64,000 bases of DNA from a virus (IMGVR_UViG_3300009431_000002:64001-128000), one strand, 5' to 3'. Positions 55,771 to 63,657 are shown, counted from the stretch's first letter. Numbers and translations: made by a program. Notes: generated from the sequence alone by a model not told the origin.

Positions 55771-56046
55771 TCACCTCACGCTCGGGGGCTGTAGGCCTTT
55801 GCCCATGTCGCCCGCCGGGGTGTTCTTGATGGGGGACTCCAGGCGCATCGGAGGTGCCAGCGACGGCCCCTTCACGCCCTTCACACTGGGGATGGCTCCA
55901 CTACGAGGAGACTGCACGAGCTTGGGCGCCGACGAGGTGGGGGATGTCAGTCCTGGCATCTTCGCACTCAACGCGATCTTCTCCAGCTCGTCGACGAACC
56001 CGGCCACCACTACGGGGTTGGCCGTCTTCGTCAGCTCCTTCAGCAC
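55771..56046 (-). CDS. small internal head protein (FVDELEKIA tag)
   Basis: LTKTANP..AGFVDELEKIALS; Pro/Lys-rich tail. Confidence 0.6.
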   Translation of the reverse strand: MLKELTKTANPVVVAGFVDELEKIALSAKMPGLTSPTSSAPKLVQSPRSGAIPSVKGVKGPSLAPPMRLESPIKNTPAGDMGKGLQPPSVR

Positions 56047-56055
56047 CGCGCTCCT

Positions 56056-56715
56056 CTACTGGAGCAGGTGGCCGTAGCCGTTGGCCTGCAACAGCTGCGC
56101 GGCGGCCTGGTCGATGCGGTCCTGCTGCGAGGGCTGCTCCGGCGCGGCCGCGGTCTTGGCGGTCTCGCAGTCGCCCTTGCAGTCCGCCTTCAGGCACCGG
56201 CACAGCTGGTTGGCGGCGACCTTCTCGGCCAGGAACTCGTTGGCGCGGGCGGTGGCCAGCTCGACGAGCAGCGGGTCGGCCTGCGGCTGCTCGGGCTGGG
56301 CCTGCGCGGCCGCGGCGGTCTTCTGGATGACGTCCAGCTCGTTGACGAAGGCGTGGGCCATCTGCCGGCCGAGCAGATCCGCCTCGGCCATCTCGGCCGC
56401 GGCCTTCTTCTCCTCGTCGTTCATCGGCGGGCCCTCGTCCTTCTTCTCGTCCTTCTTCTCCTCGTCCTTCTCCTCCTTCTTGGGCGGGAAGGGGGGAGCG
56501 GGCGGCGCGTCGGCCGGGGCCTCCTCGGCCGCTACCTTCTTGAGGTAGTGCTGGAAGGTGGCCTGGACCTGGGCGTCGGACATCTGCGAGATGTCGTAGC
56601 CGTCGGCCGAGGCCAGCTTGTCCAGCGCGTCGTAGACGGCCTGCTGGTCGACCTGCTCCTGGTTGCGGGCGTGGCCGTAGGCCGCTGCGAGGACCGGGTT
56701 CATCTGGTCGGGCAT
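56056..56715 (-). CDS. scaffold/internal head protein
   Basis: DKLAS, KKVAA, QKTAA, EKVAA, AKTAA; AFVNEL. Confidence 0.7.
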   Translation of the reverse strand: MPDQMNPVLAAAYGHARNQEQVDQQAVYDALDKLASADGYDISQMSDAQVQATFQHYLKKVAAEEAPADAPPAPPFPPKKEEKDEEKKDEKKDEGPPMNDEEKKAAAEMAEADLLGRQMAHAFVNELDVIQKTAAAAQAQPEQPQADPLLVELATARANEFLAEKVAANQLCRCLKADCKGDCETAKTAAAPEQPSQQDRIDQAAAQLLQANGYGHLLQ

Positions 56716-56728
56716 TTCCTCTTGCTCC

Positions 56729-58420
56729 TCATGCTGGCTGCGCTGAGGCTAGCTTCACCGCCAGCTGTGGGTTGCTCTGAACGATTCGTTCTCCAAGCTC
56801 CGGGCCCAGCCTCTTTCCCGCATCCCAGTGTGCACGGACGAGGTACACGACGGGGCCTGACGAGAACAATCCTGCCAGCGGCCCACCCTCAATGGCAACA
56901 GGCTTTCGCCCGAAAAGCTCAGCGAGGGGGTCCAACTGGTCGGTTGGTAGCCCAAAGTGTGGTTGCGCAGTTTCCCGTGCCAGCAGGGAGAGCAGAGCTC
57001 TCCTGTACCCGTTGTAGGCCCGAGAGATCTCACTCAACAGCGGGTTGTCCGCGTAGTTCGGGGCCGAGGGCTTGGGCACTTCCATGCGGATGATGACGGT
57101 CAGCCTCTTCTTCAGGGGGCCGCCGAACATCGAACGGCCGCCGACCAGTGGGGCCAGCAGCTCCTGCAGGTCTGGCGCGTGGCCAGAGAGGGACGGGCAC
57201 TCGCCCATGTCCATGCACGGCTTGAATACGCTGCCGGCGGAGTCAAGCTCGTCGGCCAGCGGCTTGTTGCCGCAGCGGACCAAGGTGATGCGCTGGAACT
57301 CACGGGGCGTCAGCACGATCCCCATGCGGCCAGCAGTCCCCAGGGCGGTCCCGAGGTCCGACGACACTGTGTCGTTTGGCGCCGCCATCCGGTCGAGGAC
57401 CTTGGAGGGCAAGGGCTTCTCGGTCTTCTCCAACAGGGGGACGGCGTGTCCGGCGGCCTGGCTGGGCGGCAGCTCCTTGATGATGTCGGCGAGCTTCTGC
57501 TGACTGGCCGTCTTCGGGCTGTCCGCCACCATCTCCTGGAGCGCCTCCGCGTACGCGCCCGCGGTCTTCTCGTACCCGAGATCCGCAGCGCGCTCTGCTG
57601 ACGGCGCGGAGAGGGTGCCGGGCTTGACCACGACGAACGTCCTCTTGCCTGACGCCAGCAGTGCCATCACCTTGGCAGTCCTGTCCGCTCCGATCAAGAC
57701 GTACGAGATGTCGAAGAACCGCGGGTGCGGGTTCCACACGAAGATCTGCTGGCCGTCCGGCAGGATCATGTTGGGCCGGTACCGCGGGTCCTTGCGGCTC
57801 ATGTGCTCGCAGTAGTCAGCCCGAGTCTTGGACTTGTGGCCGCAGATCGAGCACACGTCGTACTTGACCCGGCAGCCCATGCTCACCGGCAAGTACTCGC
57901 CCCGCTCCAGGCGCTCGATGATGTCGTAGCCGCCGGCCTGGCGGCACAGGCCGTGGTCCAGCTCCTGGACCAGCTCGACCCGCTTCATCAGGTCGTTCCA
58001 CACCGCCAGCACGACGTCGCCGTACTTCGGGTGGTTGTGCGGCGGGTAGGGCTTGTTCTTGTGGTGCCGGAACGCGTTGGCCAGGTAGAAGGTCGTGTAC
58101 CCGTAGGGCGCGTGCGCGGCGAGACGCCGGCGGCCCTCGATGTCCCAGGGCGGGACGTTGCGCCAGCCCGGCGGCTCCAGCTTCAGGGAGTCGATGCTGA
58201 ACCCGTCGGCGTTGATGTTGGGGCCCCAGATCTCTGTGGCTCCCAGCGCGTTGACCAGTGCGTAGGTCTTGTCGGGCTTCGGCTCCAGCTTGGCGATGAA
58301 CTGCTGCACCTCGTCGTGCAGGGGCGCCGCGGTCTTCACGAGACCGGGCTCACCTGGAGTGACGAGCTGGGAGTAGACGCCCCGCTCGTCCTCCCCCTGG
58401 TAGTGCAGCAGCTTGATCAT
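56729..58420 (-). CDS. prohead maturation protease (HK97/herpes-fold, Zn insertion) with C-terminal extension
   Basis: FRHHKNK...GDVV; LPVSMGCRVKYDVCSICG...YCEH; NPHPRFFDISYVLIGAD. Confidence 0.7.
   Translation of the reverse strand: MIKLLHYQGEDERGVYSQLVTPGEPGLVKTAAPLHDEVQQFIAKLEPKPDKTYALVNALGATEIWGPNINADGFSIDSLKLEPPGWRNVPPWDIEGRRRLAAHAPYGYTTFYLANAFRHHKNKPYPPHNHPKYGDVVLAVWNDLMKRVELVQELDHGLCRQAGGYDIIERLERGEYLPVSMGCRVKYDVCSICGHKSKTRADYCEHMSRKDPRYRPNMILPDGQQIFVWNPHPRFFDISYVLIGADRTAKVMALLASGKRTFVVVKPGTLSAPSAERAADLGYEKTAGAYAEALQEMVADSPKTASQQKLADIIKELPPSQAAGHAVPLLEKTEKPLPSKVLDRMAAPNDTVSSDLGTALGTAGRMGIVLTPREFQRITLVRCGNKPLADELDSAGSVFKPCMDMGECPSLSGHAPDLQELLAPLVGGRSMFGGPLKKRLTVIIRMEVPKPSAPNYADNPLLSEISRAYNGYRRALLSLLARETAQPHFGLPTDQLDPLAELFGRKPVAIEGGPLAGLFSSGPVVYLVRAHWDAGKRLGPELGERIVQSNPQLAVKLASAQPA
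57361..57375. repeat. CGACAC-W-GTGTCG palindrome (intragenic)
   Basis: ACGACAC-T-GTGTCGT, perfect 15 bp. Confidence 0.7.
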
Positions 58421-58424
58421 GCCA

Positions 58425-59099
58425 TCAGCCAGAGACGGCCTTCATCGCCCCCGTGAACGCGGCTCCCGCGCCGCCCGCGGCCTGCGTGCCGACGGGCCGT
58501 CCCATGTCCTTGCGAGCCCGGATCAGCTCGCTGACGGTCTTGTGGTCGATCAGCTCGGCGTCGGAGACCCGCTTGACGAAGGTGCCGGCGACCAGTGGGT
58601 CCGCGGCCATCTCCGGTGCGAAGCGGTGCATCGTGTTCCAGGCGCGGTTGACCATGGTGCCGTCGTACTGGTCGGCGTCGGCGAGTTCCGGGTGGACCTC
58701 GACCATCTTCTTGAAGCGGTGCTTCTTCATCGCCTCCTGGACGACGACGTCCGCGGCGTTGACGCCGGCCTGCGCCGCGGCACCCGCGGCGACACCGCCG
58801 GCGGTGAGGGCGCCGCCGAGCCCACCGACCATCAGCGCGGCCTCATGCGGCTTCTTCCCGCTGAGCAGTCCCAGTAGCCCCTTCGCCGGAGGCGCCTGCC
58901 CGATCAGCTCGCCGATCTCGGCGAGGGTCTCCGGCGTGACGCCGCGCATCTGCGGGAAGCGGCTTTCGACGGCCCGGAGGGTCGCCGCTGGGATCGCCGC
59001 GACCTTCTCCATCGCAGCGCTCACCAGGCTGTCAGCCTGCTCCTCGGACAGCTGGCCGCTGGACACCAGCTGGTCGATGTGGTCGGTCGCGGCGCTCAT
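58425..59099 (-). CDS. putative internal head protein with glycine zipper
   Basis: AMEKVAA; MVGGLGGALTAGGVAAG; APEMAADPLVAGTFV. Confidence 0.7.
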   Translation of the reverse strand: MSAATDHIDQLVSSGQLSEEQADSLVSAAMEKVAAIPAATLRAVESRFPQMRGVTPETLAEIGELIGQAPPAKGLLGLLSGKKPHEAALMVGGLGGALTAGGVAAGAAAQAGVNAADVVVQEAMKKHRFKKMVEVHPELADADQYDGTMVNRAWNTMHRFAPEMAADPLVAGTFVKRVSDAELIDHKTVSELIRARKDMGRPVGTQAAGGAGAAFTGAMKAVSG

Positions 59100-59108
59100 G
59101 GGGCCTCC

Positions 59109-60017
59109 CTACTGGCGGACGCGCTTGTCGACGTCCTCGTACTGGCGCTCGAGTTCGGCCTTCGCAGCCTTCACCACGCCGAGGCGCTGCTGCAGCAGGT
59201 CGAGGTGGCGGGTCGCCTTGGCGAGCTGGCTGTCCAGGTCGACCTCCCGGCTCTGCGCCGCGGCCACCTTCTCGGCGTCGAAGTGGATCTCGAGGTCGGG
59301 GTCGTTCCGCAGCGCCGACTTCATGCCGACGATGATGTGCGGGAGCATGCTGGCCATCTTCTCGGGACCGGAGACGAACTCCACCACGGCGCCGACGTCC
59401 TCGAGCGGCACACCCTCCTGCAGGGCCTGCTGCATCACGGCGTCGAACTGCTCGGCTGCCTCCTTGTAGAAGGTCCGGACCTCCGCCTCCTCCGCGCTGA
59501 CGTGCTCGATGGCGCCGCGGAGCTGCTGCCACTGCCGGACGTCGGCGGAGGCGTCCACGTGCTCCGATGCCACCTTCTCCTGCTCGACGCCGAAGGCATC
59601 GGCGAGGACGTCGTCGGCGATGTCCTCGTGCAGTCCCTCCCGGAAGTCCTGGACCTGGACGCCGTAGGCCTGCGCGGCCGAGAGCTTCACGGCGGGGCGC
59701 GACTGCCCCTCCAGGTGCGCGAGGATCACGACGGGGTCGCCGTAGTCGAACACCACGTTCTTGACGGCGCCGGCCTCCTTCTGGAAGAGCTGGTCGTAGG
59801 CCTCCTGGTTGGCGGCCTCGGTGATCCGGTGGACGTGCTGGGGCGTCAGGTCGGGGTTGGCCTGGGCGATCTTGAGAACGGCGTCGTTCAGTGAGGTACC
59901 CTGGTTCAGGAACTCCGACGCGGCCTCCTTGCCCAGCAGCTTCAGCTTGGTCGCTTCGACCCCGGAGGTCTTGGTCTTGGTCGACGTGAGGAACGCTTCG
60001 AGAGCGGTGTCGGGCAT
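59109..60017 (-). CDS. head morphogenesis protein, first gene of the structural operon
   Basis: SLNDAVLKIA...LTPQHVHRITEAANQEAY..VVFDYGDP; about 7 K-x-A motifs. Confidence 0.7.
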   Translation of the reverse strand: MPDTALEAFLTSTKTKTSGVEATKLKLLGKEAASEFLNQGTSLNDAVLKIAQANPDLTPQHVHRITEAANQEAYDQLFQKEAGAVKNVVFDYGDPVVILAHLEGQSRPAVKLSAAQAYGVQVQDFREGLHEDIADDVLADAFGVEQEKVASEHVDASADVRQWQQLRGAIEHVSAEEAEVRTFYKEAAEQFDAVMQQALQEGVPLEDVGAVVEFVSGPEKMASMLPHIIVGMKSALRNDPDLEIHFDAEKVAAAQSREVDLDSQLAKATRHLDLLQQRLGVVKAAKAELERQYEDVDKRVRQ

Positions 60018-60046
60018 GGTTCACCTCTGGGGTTGGACCTCTTCTG

Positions 60047-60076
60047 GTTATAGGTGGGCGCGCGAATCAGTGTCAA
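60047..60076 (-). promoter_or_regulatory. near-consensus sigma70 promoter for the structural operon
   Basis: TTGACA (60076-60071), 18-nt spacer, TATAAC (60052-60047); GAGGTGA RBS before ATG 60017. Confidence 0.75.
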
Positions 60077-60122
60077 CGGCAAAGCCCGGGGCGGGGCGGG
60101 CACAAGTGGGTCGGAGGAAACG

Positions 60123-60818
60123 ATGACACAGACCCTATCCAAGAAGGAGGCGGCCGTACATCTGGGCGTCTCCGTGCGCTCTGTCGAGAAGTTCATTCAG
60201 GACGGCCTGCTCCCCAAGTACACCCAGGGGAGGCGTGTGCTGCTCATGGCCGACGATGTCGAGGAACTCCGCGTCGAACGCGAGGAGGCAACGGTCCCGC
60301 TGCTGAACCGGAAGGTCATCGCCGACCTGCGCCGCCGCGTCCGCGTGCTCGAGCACCGCGTCTCCATCGTCCTGAGCATCCATGAGATCTCCGAGCCGCC
60401 ACTCGCCCTCACCGACGAGGACGCACTGCGCGTCTTCACCATGGCCGTGCACGCCGTGGAGCACCCGACCATCGAAGCCTGCACGCGGTGGGCCGCGCTG
60501 CTGCCCCGCATCAACGAGGACGTGCTGGCGCAGATGCAGCGCGTGGCCAAACGGCTCAACCCCGGCGCCACCTTCCTCAAGCTGAGCCTGTCGTTGCAGC
60601 GGCACCTCAAGGAGAACGAGCACTTCGCCACCAGCCTCGAGATGCAGAAGCTCCACGCCCAACTGAGCAACCTCCATCCATTCCTGCGCACCGTCGTCGT
60701 CGCCTTCATCGACATGCAGGAGGGCCTGTCGATCCAGGATCGCGTGAATCTCATCGGCGGGCCCGAGTCCTCCATCGAAGAGGACATCGTCTCCCAGATC
60801 TGCAAGTCCAGCCGCTGA
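60123..60818 (+). CDS. HTH_17/excisionase-like (MerR-fold) DNA-binding protein
   Basis: LSKKEAAVHLGVSVRSVEKFIQDGLL...GRRVLLMADDVEEL; GGAGG RBS. Confidence 0.8.
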   Translation: MTQTLSKKEAAVHLGVSVRSVEKFIQDGLLPKYTQGRRVLLMADDVEELRVEREEATVPLLNRKVIADLRRRVRVLEHRVSIVLSIHEISEPPLALTDEDALRVFTMAVHAVEHPTIEACTRWAALLPRINEDVLAQMQRVAKRLNPGATFLKLSLSLQRHLKENEHFATSLEMQKLHAQLSNLHPFLRTVVVAFIDMQEGLSIQDRVNLIGGPESSIEEDIVSQICKSSR

Positions 60819-60859
60819 TCCGGCACAAGGGCGTCAGAACCCCCGCATTTCCGCCCAAA

Positions 60860-60893
60860 AACCGCAAATATGGCGCGCGGTTACGGGATAAGA
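60860..60893 (+). promoter_or_regulatory. ATAAG-class promoter (variant)
   Basis: GCAAAT...TTACGGG-ATAAGA (60888-60893), resembling 8213-8242. Confidence 0.45.
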
Positions 60894-60961
60894 AAAGTAG
60901 CCCGCAGACAGACTGCTCATGCTGTCGGTGGGAAAACTCACCCCACAGAGGAGGTACGATT

Positions 60962-61717
60962 ATGAGCGACCAGGCAACCGCGAAGAAGAAGGCCCCCGCC
61001 AAGGCCACGAAGACCACGGCCGCCCCCACGGCCACGGGGGCGGACACCGCCCGCAAGGCCGCGCCGGCCAAGGCCAAGAAGACCTCGACGTCCAAGGCCC
61101 CGACCACCGCCCAGCGCCTGAGCGCGATGGACAAGCGGATCGGCGGCATCGGTGACGAGGTCGCCGCGATGGCCGAGACGGTCAACGGCATCCCCGGCGC
61201 CCTGGAGGACCACGCCAAGTCCGTGTCCGGCCAGATCCACGCCGGCGTGACCGAGGCCGTGACCGAGGGCCTCCGGCCCGTCGCCGAGGCCGTCGAGACC
61301 GTGGCCGAGACCGAGCGCCGCGTGGCCCACCTGGAGCGCGGCCAGGACGAGATCGCCGACGAGATGGACTGGCTGGCCAACCGGGTCCGCCCCGGCCACG
61401 ACCGCGGCACCGTCGGCGCCATCGTGCTGGCGCCCGTGGACGCGGCCCGCACGCCGGTGACCCCGGCGCAGGTCGGCGGCACCGTGGCCGGCAGCGCCGG
61501 CGCGCTGGCCCTGGGCAGCCGGTTCGAGAACGGCTTCCTGTCCGGCCCGCTCGGCATGGTGACCGGCGGCGTGACCGGCTACGTCGTGACCCGCGTCGGC
61601 GGCTGGGCCATCGGCAAGGGCATCACCCGCGCCGGCCAGTTCCTGGCCGACCGCAAGGCCCGCCGCGAGGCCGCCCAGCAGGTCGAGGCGCCCGCCGAGG
61701 CCCCGGCCCAGTCCTAG
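60962..61717 (+). CDS. histone-H1-like N-terminus + coiled coil + glycine-zipper membrane protein
   Basis: AKKKAPAKATK...KAAPAKAKK; GAGGAGG RBS; third positions almost all C/G. Confidence 0.75.
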   Translation: MSDQATAKKKAPAKATKTTAAPTATGADTARKAAPAKAKKTSTSKAPTTAQRLSAMDKRIGGIGDEVAAMAETVNGIPGALEDHAKSVSGQIHAGVTEAVTEGLRPVAEAVETVAETERRVAHLERGQDEIADEMDWLANRVRPGHDRGTVGAIVLAPVDAARTPVTPAQVGGTVAGSAGALALGSRFENGFLSGPLGMVTGGVTGYVVTRVGGWAIGKGITRAGQFLADRKARREAAQQVEAPAEAPAQS

Positions 61718-61816
61718 CGACCCCGCCACCCACCGTCCTCACAGCGCACCCGCGCCCCGTCCCGGGGCTGCGACGCGAGCGCACCTGGAACCACCGCGGT
61801 TCCTCTTACCTCGGGA

Positions 61817-63586
61817 TTACGCGGCGAGCTTCTGCGGCACGAAGATGTCCGGCCGCGGGATGCGGCGGGTCGATGCGAGCAAGCACAACAGCGCGGCGTG
61901 GTAGGAGTCATCCGTGGTCTCCGGCGCCAGCTTGTACTCGTCCTGTCGGGTCTTCTCGTTGTACTCGGTGAAGATGTTGACGAAGTCCGAAGCGAACGGC
62001 TCCTTGAACTGCCGCCAGTTGGGGAACCGGATCAGCTGCTTGCCCTGGTTCTTCATCGCGTTGAAGAAGTCGGCCATCACGGCGGTCCGGTTGACGACGT
62101 ACCTGTGCAGGCCGGGGTCCCAGCGCCACTTCTCGTTGGGCTGGCTGTACTGCCACTTCGTGATGCGCTGAGGGCCGAAGGTCTTGATGAGCTCGTTGTT
62201 GGGGAAGTGGCCACCACCGAAGTCGCAGGCCACGACCTCGACCTTCCAGGTGTTGATCAGCTGCTTGATGAGGTCGAGCTGGACATCCGGCTCAGCCTCT
62301 GGCCCCTCGAACCTGTGCAGGTAGAAGATGGTGAAGCGGTCGTCGCCCGGGAAGTAGGTGCCCAGGCACACGACGGTGTAGCTGGACTCGCTGCCACCCG
62401 CCCAGTCCACGCCCATGAACACGCGGCCGCTGCCGCCGAGCCGGGCGCCGAACTTCCGCATGCTGTCGGCGTCCATGCTGATCTTCGAGTCGCACAGCAT
62501 CTGGAGCTGACGGCGCGTGATGGGCCGGACACCAGAGTCGTAGCTCAGACCCAGGACCTCGTTGAAGAACCGGACCCGCGGGTAGAACTGCTGCTTCTGC
62601 AGGATGTCGGTCCAGCTGATCCACGGCACCATCAGCTGCGGGATCCGGAAGCCCTCGAACGGCTCGGGGATGTCCGGGTGCGGGTTCATCATCGCCCACT
62701 GCGCCATCGGGTGCATGGGGTCGATGGGCCGGCCGCAGCGGTCGCAGATGCAGCCGTGCTTGCCGATGTTCCGCTCGGTCAGGATGTTCCAATGCCAGGA
62801 GCTCGGGTCCTTCGGCGTGCCGTGACGCTCGCAAGGAACCACCCACTCGTTCTGGGTCGAGTAGTAGACCCAGTAGTGCTCCATCGGATTGTCGGTGGAT
62901 TTCGGCGTGCCCGAGTAGGTGAACAGGCCCCACGGCGAGTGGGAAGCCGTCTCCTCGATCACCGGAATGTTGCCGAGCAGGATGTCCTGGAGCTCGTCGA
63001 TGCACACCATGTCCGCAGAGATCCCGCGGGTCCGGTCGGCGTTGTGGTAGGCGTAGCGCAGCCGGATGAAGGCGTGGTTGATGAACTTCTTGAGGTGGAT
63101 GTTGTCGGCGAGTTTCGTGGTCGTCCAGCTCGCCAGCACGGGGCTGATGCTGATGGGGTCGGCCAGCCGATCTCGGGAGAACTGGTTCGTCTGGGTGTGG
63201 GTCGGGGAGACGTAGAGGCTCTTGAAGCCGGTGTTGATGCACGAGTAGCTCAGCATCTTGTTGCCGAGCATCGTGCTCTTCTCGACCTGTCGGCCGGTCT
63301 TCAGTAGAACTCTCTTGTAGCTGGTGTCATAAGGGCGTCGTAGGTAACGGCGCTCGGAGAAATCGAAGGGGACGATGCGGTTCTTCTCTTGGTCGACGAC
63401 CTTGATGGCGTACTCGGTGAAGTCTGAGGGGCGCGCGTAGATGAGCGCCTCTTCCGTCTTCTCCTCAACGTAGTCCTCGCTGACGGGGTCGTAGGGTTCG
63501 ACCTCGAGGTCCCAATCCTCGGTCTCGACCCACTCGCCGTTGTTCCGCCAATCTTGGATGACGCGCGGCGCTACCTCGAATGTCAT
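61817..63586 (-). CDS. terL: terminase large subunit (GpA-like)
   Basis: KTGRQVEKST Walker A; RTRGISADMVCIDELQD Walker B; FMGVDWAGG nuclease; DDSYHA. Confidence 0.9.
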   Translation of the reverse strand: MTFEVAPRVIQDWRNNGEWVETEDWDLEVEPYDPVSEDYVEEKTEEALIYARPSDFTEYAIKVVDQEKNRIVPFDFSERRYLRRPYDTSYKRVLLKTGRQVEKSTMLGNKMLSYSCINTGFKSLYVSPTHTQTNQFSRDRLADPISISPVLASWTTTKLADNIHLKKFINHAFIRLRYAYHNADRTRGISADMVCIDELQDILLGNIPVIEETASHSPWGLFTYSGTPKSTDNPMEHYWVYYSTQNEWVVPCERHGTPKDPSSWHWNILTERNIGKHGCICDRCGRPIDPMHPMAQWAMMNPHPDIPEPFEGFRIPQLMVPWISWTDILQKQQFYPRVRFFNEVLGLSYDSGVRPITRRQLQMLCDSKISMDADSMRKFGARLGGSGRVFMGVDWAGGSESSYTVVCLGTYFPGDDRFTIFYLHRFEGPEAEPDVQLDLIKQLINTWKVEVVACDFGGGHFPNNELIKTFGPQRITKWQYSQPNEKWRWDPGLHRYVVNRTAVMADFFNAMKNQGKQLIRFPNWRQFKEPFASDFVNIFTEYNEKTRQDEYKLAPETTDDSYHAALLCLLASTRRIPRPDIFVPQKLAA

Positions 63587-63612
63587 CGACCCTCCGCTTG
63601 TCAGCCAATCAG

Positions 63613-63642
63613 TTTACACGCCGTAACGTAGGCCTCTACCAT
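63613..63642 (+). promoter_or_regulatory. sigma70-type promoter
   Basis: TTTACA (63613-63618), 18-nt spacer, TACCAT (63637-63642); GAGGAGG RBS. Confidence 0.55.
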
Positions 63643-63657
63643 ACCCGAGGAGGAGAT

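Noticed and set aside
63329-63334. ATAAGG on the + strand inside terL
   Set aside because: Intragenic, over 300 nt from the next + strand start, and lacks the CAAC/RBS context; likely chance.
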